Below, one piece after another: positions 52,391 through 60,876 of a stretch of 64,000 bases of DNA. The notes below the pieces were generated by a model. That model searched no databases. It was not told the DNA's origin and worked only from the letters and a program-made list of their open reading frames with translations. Origin of the DNA: an uncultured Acidimicrobiia bacterium (GTDB lineage Bacteria > Acidobacteriota > Terriglobia > Versatilivoradales > Versatilivoraceae); NCBI GenBank assembly GCA_963791795.1, contig CAWBTP010000002.1, positions 19,407 through 83,406 on the forward strand, read 5' to 3'. The stretch's first letter is position 1; each line of letters begins with the position of its first letter. A program made the position numbers and the translations under genes.

Positions 52391-53683
52391 CTACTGCCGG
52401 GTTCCGACATCAAGAGCCAGGAGACTCTTGCGGTCCCGCACGTAGAGTGTGTTCCCAACCAGAGAAGGGGCTGTCCAGGCAATGTGAGTCAGAAGTGGGA
52501 CTTTGGAGTGAATCTGCAAGCCACTCGGTGAAACAGTAGCCAGGGCCAGATTCCCATCTTCGTCGACCAGAAAGAACTTCCCATCTGCATAAACAAAGCT
52601 TGCTTTGGAGAGGCCGCGATTTTGCCAGGCAACCTCGCCGGTCTTGATGTCCACGGCAGAAAAGAAGGCCGGGCCAAAATCACCGCTGGAGCCGTAGATG
52701 TGGGCCCCAATGCGCACAGCGTTTCCGATGTGGATGCGCAATCGGTTTGTAAACCATAGTTGCCGGACGGTGGTCTTTCCTGCTTGTTGCGAAAGTTGCA
52801 GGAGCCGACTGCCTCCGCTGTAGGCCGAAGTGCAGAACAACAGGTTCCCTTCCGACCACACGGGTAGGCTGATGTTAAGTCCCCAGTCTGTCTTGTGAGG
52901 ATGGCTCCATAACAAGGTGCCGTTGTTTGGATCGAAACCAGCGATGATATCGCCCAGGAATGCGACTAGCTGATCCTGCCCATCCACGTTGATGATCAGG
53001 GGAGATGATGGAGAGGATGCCAGATCGTGCTGCTTCCAGGCCACACTCCCATCCTTCTGGTTGAATGCCATCAAAGCCTGGCCCGTTCCGCCGACTGGAA
53101 GAATCACAGTCTGTTTGTAGGCGACCGGGCTGCAGGAATAGCCACGATCCCTGCGGGGCGCGCGGTATTCCTTCAGGAGGTCGTGGTACCAGAGCGTCTT
53201 TCCGGTGTTCTTGTCTTTGCAATAAAACTTGCCCGTAATACCCACCGTGTAAATCTGATTTCCTACCACCAGTGGCGTGACATGGGGGCCGGGGCCGTTC
53301 TCCATTTTCATGCCAGGTTCGAAGGGAGCATCGTAGGGGTCTTCCCACAACGTTTTCCCGGTTTGTGCGTCCAGCGCTACGACCACTTCCCGGTTAAACT
53401 TGCTGCCGGCTTGTGCAGTCGAAACCCGGTACATCGTGTAGAGCTTGCCGACGTCCGAGGCGATTCCCGAGTAACCTTCGCCTAATGGGCGGCTCCAAAC
53501 CTTCCGTGGGCCCTCGGCAGGCCAAGTATTGGCCAGACCTTTTGAAGGCGAAGTGAAGTTGCGCAGGGGGCCTCCGAACTGAGGCCATCCTGCAGGAGTC
53601 TGTGCTCCAAGGTTCATAGGACCAAACGCGGAAAGCAGCGCCACTGAAAGGATATAGTCGCGAAAACTGGTGGAGTGCGTCAT
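52391..53683 (-). CDS. PQQ-like (BamB-type) beta-propeller protein
   Basis: WPQFGGP.RN, repeated ALD..TGK..W, AWTAPSL...LYVR. Confidence 0.85.
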   Translation of the reverse strand: MTHSTSFRDYILSVALLSAFGPMNLGAQTPAGWPQFGGPLRNFTSPSKGLANTWPAEGPRKVWSRPLGEGYSGIASDVGKLYTMYRVSTAQAGSKFNREVVVALDAQTGKTLWEDPYDAPFEPGMKMENGPGPHVTPLVVGNQIYTVGITGKFYCKDKNTGKTLWYHDLLKEYRAPRRDRGYSCSPVAYKQTVILPVGGTGQALMAFNQKDGSVAWKQHDLASSPSSPLIINVDGQDQLVAFLGDIIAGFDPNNGTLLWSHPHKTDWGLNISLPVWSEGNLLFCTSAYSGGSRLLQLSQQAGKTTVRQLWFTNRLRIHIGNAVRIGAHIYGSSGDFGPAFFSAVDIKTGEVAWQNRGLSKASFVYADGKFFLVDEDGNLALATVSPSGLQIHSKVPLLTHIAWTAPSLVGNTLYVRDRKSLLALDVGTRQ

Positions 53684-54129
53684 GAGTCCCTCGCCAATGA
53701 GTCTGGTCTCGGTTGACTCTGGGGTTTTTCGAACTCCAGAACGCTATCCCGAAGTTCGTCTGAAATGGGTTTGGCTCGCTTCGTCTCCGAGTCAAAACAG
53801 GCCTGAACGGTCAACCCGTCGGCGACGACGCGTCCTGTCTGGCTCTCAACAATCTGATACTCAAAAACGAAACTCGACTTCTTGAGCTCGGAAACTTTGG
53901 CGAATAATCGCAGCATTTCCCCGACGTGCGCGGGAGAACGATAGTTGCACTCGGCGCGCACAACCACAAAACTATGCCGACTGAATGCCTCGCTGCCAAA
54001 GAGATTCTTCCAGTAGTGCAATCGGGCGATCTCAAAGTAAGTGAGGTAGACCGCGTTGTTCACATGTCCGAGGGCATCCAGGTCACGGAAGCGGACTTCG
54101 ATTTGAGTTGAAAACTTGAACGCAGACAT
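53680..54129 (-). CDS. Acyl-CoA thioesterase (4HBT/FadM-like hotdog fold)
   Basis: VRFRDLDALGHVNNAVYLTYFE. Confidence 0.9.
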   Translation of the reverse strand: MSAFKFSTQIEVRFRDLDALGHVNNAVYLTYFEIARLHYWKNLFGSEAFSRHSFVVVRAECNYRSPAHVGEMLRLFAKVSELKKSSFVFEYQIVESQTGRVVADGLTVQACFDSETKRAKPISDELRDSVLEFEKPQSQPRPDSLARDS

Positions 54130-54181
54130 CCCAGGAAACGATTGTTTGGGCGAGCTTGGACACAAACCCAGCGATGGACTT

Positions 54182-54319
54182 TTCACCGCAGAGGACGCGG
54201 AGACCGCAGAGAATCTGAGAAGTCGTTCACGATTCGCCGAACCATCTTTGAGAACAGTAACATTGAAGTTGATGAGCAGCCGCAATGATCTTGCCTGTTA
54301 TCGCGTTCTCTGCGATGAA
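54182..54319. repeat. Degenerate inverted-repeat element with 9-bp periodic CGCAGAG arms
   Basis: ttcaccgcagaggacgcggagaccgcagaga vs tcgcgttctctgcgatgaa (16/19 complementary). Confidence 0.65.
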
Positions 54320-54320
54320 T

Positions 54321-55340
54321 CTAGCCGCCGAGCCAGGATTCCAGAGCCAGACGCGCAGCCCCTCGAGCGCCCGCCATGTCGCCGTCGGGGGCGATCTCAA
54401 CCGTCACACCCATCTGTTCATCCCGCAGAGGCAGGTGCTTCCGCAGCACCCCAAGAAACCACTCGCGGAACTCAGGCATCGTCTGCATCACGCCGCCGCC
54501 GACAAAAAACGCGTCCAGGTCGAGAAACTGCATTGCAATATCAAAAAGCACTGCCAAAGCGATGGCTTGTTTCTCGAAGATCTGCCGGGCCATCGGATCG
54601 CCATTCTCTCCAAAGGCCCGAACCTGCTTTGACCTTGCTCCGCCGGCATCGTTCACCTGCCAGAGAGGGTGATTCGGATATTTCTGCAGGTAGTAAGGCA
54701 GAAGATTATTTCGGATGCCGGTGAGAGACGCCCATGCTTCGGCATCACCTTCGCGGCCGCAGTTGCACTTGGGCATCGGTTGGCCGGGCTCCAGAAGACC
54801 GTGGGAAGGGAGAACCACGTGACCTGTCTCGGCCGCAAAACCGGTGTTGCCGACCACAAGCTGGCCATTCACGACGACACCGCCTCCCAAGCCGGTTCCA
54901 ACAGCGGCAGTCATGGAAGAGAATTTCGAATCCCGGCCGAACTTCACGCGGTGGCAGTGCAGCGCGGCTGCGTTGCCATCGTTCGCGTACAGCGTGGGCA
55001 GACCGATCACGTCCTGGAACGCCTCACGGATTGGAAACCTCGCCCACTCGCTGTTGCCAAAGTTCGTCGATCCCTGAGCTGAGATCACGCCGTCGGCGCT
55101 TGCGGGTCCCGGGGTGTCGAGGCCCACGGATCTGACGCTTCTCATGTCGATCTCGCTGATCTTCGCTGCTTGCTTCAGCGCCACTTCCATCTGCTTCAGC
55201 GTCACCGCTGGTCCCTGCTCGACCAGTGATGGCGACTCCATCATCTCCGAGATGCGGAACGTACCATCCTCTCCCAGAATCGTGACGTTGACTTTGGTGC
55301 CTCCAAGATCAACTCCGGCGAAGAAGTTCTGACTGGACAT
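54321..55340 (-). CDS. ROK-family sugar kinase
   Basis: GVDLGGTK, NDGNAAAL, GTGLGGG, ETGH, CNCG. Confidence 0.9.
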   Translation of the reverse strand: MSSQNFFAGVDLGGTKVNVTILGEDGTFRISEMMESPSLVEQGPAVTLKQMEVALKQAAKISEIDMRSVRSVGLDTPGPASADGVISAQGSTNFGNSEWARFPIREAFQDVIGLPTLYANDGNAAALHCHRVKFGRDSKFSSMTAAVGTGLGGGVVVNGQLVVGNTGFAAETGHVVLPSHGLLEPGQPMPKCNCGREGDAEAWASLTGIRNNLLPYYLQKYPNHPLWQVNDAGGARSKQVRAFGENGDPMARQIFEKQAIALAVLFDIAMQFLDLDAFFVGGGVMQTMPEFREWFLGVLRKHLPLRDEQMGVTVEIAPDGDMAGARGAARLALESWLGG

Positions 55341-55362
55341 GCAGGATCCTCAGTAGTCACTA

Positions 55363-56331
55363 TCACTCAGTACTCATCACTTCGCTCGTAGCAGCAGGTT
55401 CCAACACCCGCGTCGCTTGCATTGTCCGGGAACCGAGGTCGCTGTTCAGGCGCTGGAGAAACTCCGCAAACAGCCGGGCATATCGGTCCAGAACTTCCAG
55501 GCCTCCGCCTTCGAGAAGAGGCGAGCACATTTCGTACGCCACAGCACCCTGAAAGCCTCCTTCGGCCAGCGTTTTCAGGAACTGAGCGTAATCAATGAAC
55601 CCTTCTTCGATGGGAACGGCCTGAACGTAGGGCAGTTGCTCGGAGTAGTTCACGAGCGCGGGATTGTAGTGGTAGCGGGGCCGCCGCTGGTAGTTCGCGA
55701 CCGTGGTCTGTACCGTCAGGGGTGCCAGCTTGCGCGCGGCAGCGACAAGGTCGACTCCGTGCAGCGCTGGCGCCCAAGCGTCGAACATCGCTTTGCAGTT
55801 GGGCTCGTCAACGGCCCGAATCAGATCGTTAAAGCTCTCGTATCCGACTCCGATGTCGTGGTGATTCTGAACGCCAAGGGTCACGCCAAACTCGCTGGCG
55901 CGGCGCGCCGATTCCTTTAGCGCCGCCACGATAAGCTTCCATTGAGCGTGGTACGTACTGGCAGGATTCTCGTAGCCAGTGAAAATCCGCACGAAGCTAC
56001 CTCCCAGATCACTCGCCAAGCGGGCCAACTCGGTAATGTGTTGAATCTGAATTTCCCGGTGCGGTACCTCAGAGTGTTCCAGGTCTGCAGTCAAGTTGTT
56101 ATACCCGGCAATGCACAAGCGTTCGGTCTTTCTGCGCTCCAGTTGCCTGCGCAACTGGGTCCTGGCCTTCGCATCCCAATCCAAAACGGAAAGATGCGGG
56201 CGCTTGGCCATCAGCATAACGCCACCAAAGCCGAGATCTGCGGCTCTGTCGATGAACTGCTCAAGCGAAAGAGCCGCCTGGCCCCACGAGCCGGAGTAGC
56301 TGACGGAGTGCAGCATTGGGACGAAAGACAT
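55363..56331 (-). CDS. Sugar phosphate isomerase/epimerase (xylose isomerase-like TIM barrel)
   Basis: VRIFTG, GVQNHHD, FDAW, YEMC. Confidence 0.8.
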   Translation of the reverse strand: MSFVPMLHSVSYSGSWGQAALSLEQFIDRAADLGFGGVMLMAKRPHLSVLDWDAKARTQLRRQLERRKTERLCIAGYNNLTADLEHSEVPHREIQIQHITELARLASDLGGSFVRIFTGYENPASTYHAQWKLIVAALKESARRASEFGVTLGVQNHHDIGVGYESFNDLIRAVDEPNCKAMFDAWAPALHGVDLVAAARKLAPLTVQTTVANYQRRPRYHYNPALVNYSEQLPYVQAVPIEEGFIDYAQFLKTLAEGGFQGAVAYEMCSPLLEGGGLEVLDRYARLFAEFLQRLNSDLGSRTMQATRVLEPAATSEVMSTE

Positions 56332-56599
56332 CGAGGCCTCCTGTTGATGCAAGAATTGCTTCCAGCCCCCGACAGCCAGCGTCAGCTTCGGCTGATGGAG
56401 CGGTCAGCTCCGATGACAATCTCAAAAGTGAAGGGACGCCGAAGTGGAGGCTACCACTATCCGTCATCGTGGACAACCAGCAGGGGCCGGAATCCAGTTG
56501 TTTCTAGCCAAGCCCGACGACCCTATGGATTCATACAAACTAAATCATGATAGGCTGGCGTCGTTTCAGGGAAGAAACGACTTCAATCGAGGGGGAACC

Positions 56600-57400
56600 A
56601 TGCAGTTTGTGGATCGAACAGTGATTGTTACGGGAGGTGGCTCAGGAATCGGCCAAGTTATGGCGATGCGCTTCGCGGCTGAGCGGGCCGCCGTCGTCAT
56701 CGCCGATCGAAACGGTGAAAGCGCAATGGAGGTTGCCGGAAAAATTGCTGCCTCTGGTGGCAAGGCAATAGCCACTCAGACCGACGTGAGTGTGTCGCAT
56801 GACGTGCAGGCAATGGTGGCACTGGCGGTGAAGTCTTTTGGCGCGGTGGATGTGCTGGTTAATAACGCGGCTGCTGCTGGAGGTGACAATGTGGCGTCGA
56901 TGGATGAAACGACCTGGGACCGCGATCTGTCCGTGTGCCTCAAGAGCGCGTTTCTCTGTTGCCGCTACGTTCTGCCAGGAATGATCGAACGCAAGCGGGG
57001 CGTCATTGTCAATATCGCTTCGGTGAACGCTCTTGGCTACTTCGGCAACGAAGCCTACAGCGCAGCCAAAGCGGGCGTCATCAATCTTACCGAGAGCGTC
57101 GCCGCGCGCTATGGCCGCTACGGCATTCGCGCCAACGCGATTGCCCCGGGCTCGATTCGCACGCCCATCTGGCAGCATCGTATCGAGAAGGACCCGGAAG
57201 TCCTCAAGCGTTTGGAGAAATGGTACCCGCTGGGCCGCATCGGAGAACCCGAAGACGTTGCCAACGCGGCACTGTTTCTAGCTTCAGATGCAGCTGCCTG
57301 GATCTCGGGAGTGGTCTTGCGGGTTGACGGCGGCTTGATGGCAGGAAATCCCTTGATGGCAGATGAACTTCTCGTGGAGTCACGCGAGCAGGCAGGATAG
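56600..57400 (+). CDS. Short-chain dehydrogenase/reductase
   Basis: TGGGSGIG, NNA, YSAAK, NAIAPG, VDGG; RBS before ATG 56600. Confidence 0.92.
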   Translation: MQFVDRTVIVTGGGSGIGQVMAMRFAAERAAVVIADRNGESAMEVAGKIAASGGKAIATQTDVSVSHDVQAMVALAVKSFGAVDVLVNNAAAAGGDNVASMDETTWDRDLSVCLKSAFLCCRYVLPGMIERKRGVIVNIASVNALGYFGNEAYSAAKAGVINLTESVAARYGRYGIRANAIAPGSIRTPIWQHRIEKDPEVLKRLEKWYPLGRIGEPEDVANAALFLASDAAAWISGVVLRVDGGLMAGNPLMADELLVESREQAG

Positions 57401-57410
57401 ATGCGAAGCG

Positions 57411-57460
57411 CAATTCCCCCTTAACAAAGGGGAAAAGGCCGAAGGCCTAGGGGGTTGTCT
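57411..57460. repeat. REP-like element (CCCCCTT..AAGGGG family)
   Basis: caattcccccttaacaaaggggaaaaggccgaaggcctagggggttgtct. Confidence 0.65.
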
Positions 57461-57488
57461 TAGAGCCACTAAACAATTCTGCCCGCTC

Positions 57489-58373
57489 TCACGCCCGACC
57501 TTGCTTCCCTACCGCTTCATTCAACTGCTTCGTAAGGCGGGGCACAGCCACTTCGGCAGCTTCGTCCGCTTCGTACTCTAGCGCCAGGTAGCCCTTGTAT
57601 CCACCCTTGGCAAGCAGGGTCAAAATCCGGTTCCAGTCGGATGGCAGCTTTTTGCCATTCTCCGAAATCTCGGTTTTGAATTGCACATTCACGGCATAGG
57701 GCACGCAGGCTTCGATCTGGGCATACGTGTCACTTCGAAAATTGCCCGTGTCGAGATTGATCCCAACCCAGGGTGAGTTCACCGCTTTGACGATCTGCAC
57801 GACTCTTTCCGCCTTTGACGTGATGCCACCGTGGTTCTCCAGTCCAAGGATGACACCCTTTCTGCCGGCGTAATCCGCGGCGCGCTTCAGGATGCCAACC
57901 ACCCACTCCGCTGCCTGATCCTCCGTCGATCCTTTGGGCACGTCTCCACCGAAGACGCGAATGTGGCCGGCCCCAAGCTTTGCAGCCACCTCCACCCACC
58001 TCTCCAGCCAGGCCGACTCGCGCTCGCGCAGATCCTCGGTAGGTCGGCACATATCTGAGCGAATCGAAATGCTGTAGATCTCGACGCCGTTCTTGTAGGC
58101 CAGTCGGCGCAACGGCAGCAGGAAATCGTCGCTCGTGTTCGGGAACCAATACACGGTGAGATCGAGCCCGTCCACATCGAGCTCCACGGCCAGACGAACG
58201 AGGTCATCGTAGGTCATGGATTTCTTTTTCAGTGCGTCGCGAAATGAATACGCACAAATGGCGGTGCGCAACCGGGCACTGCCCTTGGGCAAAGTGTCAG
58301 CGGCCAGGACGCTGGAAGCGTTCCCGAAAGCAGCGAGCATAGGCAAGGACTTCAGGAGGTCTCTGCGGTTCAT
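57489..58373 (-). CDS. Tat-exported sugar phosphate isomerase/epimerase-family protein
   Basis: MNRRDLLK twin-arginine signal, RVFGG, LENHGG, NLDTGNF, LEYE. Confidence 0.85.
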   Translation of the reverse strand: MNRRDLLKSLPMLAAFGNASSVLAADTLPKGSARLRTAICAYSFRDALKKKSMTYDDLVRLAVELDVDGLDLTVYWFPNTSDDFLLPLRRLAYKNGVEIYSISIRSDMCRPTEDLRERESAWLERWVEVAAKLGAGHIRVFGGDVPKGSTEDQAAEWVVGILKRAADYAGRKGVILGLENHGGITSKAERVVQIVKAVNSPWVGINLDTGNFRSDTYAQIEACVPYAVNVQFKTEISENGKKLPSDWNRILTLLAKGGYKGYLALEYEADEAAEVAVPRLTKQLNEAVGKQGRA

Positions 58374-58493
58374 AGTGTGCCTCTCATAGAATTGGGGGAA
58401 CCAGCAACGGAATTGTCCATCGAGGTGCTCAACATAGCTGTCGAGGCAAGGCATTGTCAAATAGCTCGACTCGACAACCAAAAGGGGTGGCGA

Positions 58494-58540
58494 CAATTCC
58501 CCCTTGAAGGGGGCAGCACCAACAGGTGCGGGGTTTGTCT
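58494..58540. repeat. REP-like element (same family as 57411)
   Basis: caattcccccttgaagggggcagcaccaacaggtgcggggtttgtct. Confidence 0.65.
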
Positions 58541-58778
58541 GAAGAGGCCAGAGAACCCCGAGGCAAGCTGTGAAAACTGTAGTGGCCGCTCTATGAGCGG
58601 TTCGCCGATTCTGAGAACTGGCGCAACACCAGCGCGCCGCGACCGGGGTTTCGGCCGACACAAGCGCTTGTGATGAATACCTCCGACATCTATAATGCGT
58701 CGGTTCACCGTCCACCGGCGCGATAGGTTGATAAGTGCCTGAGGACCACGATGAGAACGATCTTTAATAGGAGCCATC

Positions 58779-60236
58779 ATGGATAGAGAGAGTTGTGACA
58801 TTGGTCTGATCGGGCTGGCTGTGATGGGACAGAACCTGGTTTTGAACATGAACGACCACGGCTATCGCGTGGCAGTGTTCAACCGCACGGTCTCAAAGGT
58901 GGACGAGTTTATCCACAATGAAGCTGCTGGGACTCGCGTCGCTGGGACGCACTCGATCGAGGAGTTCGTTCAGTCCCTGAAGCGTCCGCGGCGCGCCATG
59001 CTGATGGTCAAGGCGGGCTCCACGGTTGATGAAATGATCGCCCAACTCCTGCCCCACCTTGAAAAGGGCGACATTGTCATTGATGGTGGCAATTCGCACT
59101 ACCCGGATACGAACCGTCGCACCCGAGAACTGGCGGAGAAAGGCGTTCTGTTCATCGGGACAGGCGTCTCGGGTGGCGAAGAAGGCGCGCGACACGGCCC
59201 ATCGATCATGCCAGGGGGAAATCCCGCGGCTTGGCCGCACGTGAAGGAAATCTTCCAGGCCATCGCAGCCAAAGTGGAAGACGGATCTCCGTGTTGCGAC
59301 TGGGTGGGCGAGGAAGGCGCAGGGCACTACGTGAAGATGGTGCACAATGGCATCGAGTATGGCGACATGCAGCTCATTTGTGAGGCGTACCACCTGTTGC
59401 ACGAAGGATTGGGGCTGAACGCCGATGAATTGCACGAGGTTTTCGCGGACTGGAATCGCGGAGAGCTGGACAGCTACCTCATCGAGATCACGGCCGAGAT
59501 CTTCAAGAAAAAGGATGAGGACGGCGCACCCCTGATCGACAAGATTCTCGACACGGCCGGTCAGAAGGGCACGGGGAAATGGACGGGCATCAGCGCGCTG
59601 GAGTTGGGAACACCGGTGACGTTGATCGGCGAAGCGGTGTTTGCACGTTGCCTGTCTGCTCTTAAAGACGAACGCGTCAAAGCTTCAGCGGTTCTGACTG
59701 GCCCCAAACCGGCCGTCTCTGCAGATCGCGCCGCCTTCATCGAAGACGTTCGTCGCGCGCTGTATTGTTCGAAGATGATTTCCTACGCTCAAGGCTACAT
59801 GCTGCTGCGCGAAGCGGCGAAGGATCAGAAGTGGAACCTGAATTTTGGCGGCATCGCCTTAATGTGGCGCGGCGGCTGCATTATTCGCAGCCAATTTCTA
59901 GGCAAGATCAAAGAGGCCTATGACAAGAACCCGCAGCTCAACAACCTGCTACTGGATGATTTCTTCAGCAAGCTGCTGAACGACTATCAGGGTTCCTGGC
60001 GGCGAGCCATCGTCCACGCAATTGAAGCCGGTGTCCCGACGCCGGCGTTCTCAACAGCACTGTCCTTCTTCGACGGATACCGTACGGGCCGACTGCCCGC
60101 CAACCTGCTTCAGGCGCAACGCGATTTCTTTGGCGCTCACACCTACGAGCGCGTCGACAAGCCGCGTGGCGAGTTTTTCCACACCAACTGGACAGGTCGC
60201 GGCGGCCGCGTGGCGTCGGGAACATATAACGTGTGA
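58779..60236 (+). CDS. gnd: 6-phosphogluconate dehydrogenase, NADP-dependent, decarboxylating
   Basis: GLAVMG.NL, NRT, GVSGGEEGA, KMVHNGIEYGDMQ, QAQRDFFGAHTY. Confidence 0.97.
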   Translation: MDRESCDIGLIGLAVMGQNLVLNMNDHGYRVAVFNRTVSKVDEFIHNEAAGTRVAGTHSIEEFVQSLKRPRRAMLMVKAGSTVDEMIAQLLPHLEKGDIVIDGGNSHYPDTNRRTRELAEKGVLFIGTGVSGGEEGARHGPSIMPGGNPAAWPHVKEIFQAIAAKVEDGSPCCDWVGEEGAGHYVKMVHNGIEYGDMQLICEAYHLLHEGLGLNADELHEVFADWNRGELDSYLIEITAEIFKKKDEDGAPLIDKILDTAGQKGTGKWTGISALELGTPVTLIGEAVFARCLSALKDERVKASAVLTGPKPAVSADRAAFIEDVRRALYCSKMISYAQGYMLLREAAKDQKWNLNFGGIALMWRGGCIIRSQFLGKIKEAYDKNPQLNNLLLDDFFSKLLNDYQGSWRRAIVHAIEAGVPTPAFSTALSFFDGYRTGRLPANLLQAQRDFFGAHTYERVDKPRGEFFHTNWTGRGGRVASGTYNV

Positions 60237-60240
60237 AACG

Positions 60241-60276
60241 CCGAAGGTGGAACGACCGCGGTCGTTCAACCTTCGG
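60241..60276 (+). terminator. Near-perfect 36-bp palindrome just after gnd (terminator or REP)
   Basis: ccgaaggtggaacgaccgcggtcgttcaaccttcgg followed by gtgttgt. Confidence 0.5.
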
Positions 60277-60497
60277 GTGTTGTCATGATGTTGAGAGCGC
60301 CGACGCAAGAGTGGAAGCGGCTTCCAGCCGCTTACTGGAATTTCTAGACTGTTTGCAGCAGGAGAGACGATAGCCTTGTCGTGCAGGCTGCTAGCCCGCA
60401 ATTGGCTGTTCCAGCAAGCGGCAGGATGAGTTGTCCCCTCATCGGAGGCATCATCTCGAGAGCATGATGGAGGCAGCCACTCAAAGCCAAAAAGACA

Positions 60498-60525
60498 TTC
60501 GAACGAAAAATCCCTGTGATATATT
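60498..60525 (+). promoter_or_regulatory. Putative extended -10 promoter of the tRNA-Gly gene
   Basis: TTCGAA-16 nt-TATATT with TGTG directly upstream (TGnTATATT). Confidence 0.45.
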
Positions 60526-60547
60526 AGTCAGCGATCAAGTCGCACGG

Positions 60548-60614
60548 CTCCCCCTTGCGCGTCACCCCGGCGGATAGTAAGCCGGGGGTAAAAGGGGGAG
60601 ATGAAGAGAGGGTT
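60548..60614. repeat. REP-like element (ctccccctt/aagggggag) containing a nested type-A insert (~60558-60587)
   Basis: Perfect 9-bp host stem around cgtcaccccggcggatagtaagccgggg. Confidence 0.75.
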
Positions 60615-60663
60615 TATTCTCTTCAGGATATTTTTGACCTCATAAGCAACAGCCCACCGCTAA

Positions 60664-60687
60664 GCGGGAGTAATTCAGCGGTAGAAT
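60664..60687 (+). tRNA. 5' fragment of tRNA-Gly (acceptor 5' strand and D-arm), interrupted; probable att site
   Basis: GCGGGAG-TA-ATTC-AGCGGTA-GAAT: Gly-type GCGGGA start, U8/A9, paired D-stem ATTC/GAAT, A14-G15 and GG in the D-loop; followed by AT-rich non-tRNA sequence. Confidence 0.8.
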
Positions 60688-60745
60688 TTTTTATGAAAAC
60701 CAAGAAAAACCATTAGATAAATAAAGATAATATACACAGTAAGTT

Positions 60746-60774
60746 AAAGCCGCCAGAAGTTGTGGGCGGCTTTT
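60746..60774 (+). terminator. Rho-independent terminator-like hairpin in the element end
   Basis: aaagccgcc-agaagttgtg-ggcggctttt. Confidence 0.6.
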
Positions 60775-60876
60775 CTATTTTGCCGGTTTTTCGCTATTTT
60801 TGTTGCATACTTGGTGCACGGAAGGAGTAATATCCCCCGGGTTCTACTCCCAACCTCGGCAGATTCCAGGAGGCCA

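Noticed and set aside
56461-56500. Possible third nested REP (cgtcatcgtggac...gccggaatccag)
   Set aside because: Too degenerate; the interior matches neither type-A nor type-B insert.
60664-60760. Intron-containing tRNA
   Set aside because: Bacterial group I tRNA introns sit in the anticodon loop; the sequence following the break is an AT-rich end, a terminator and an integrase, with no intron core recognised.
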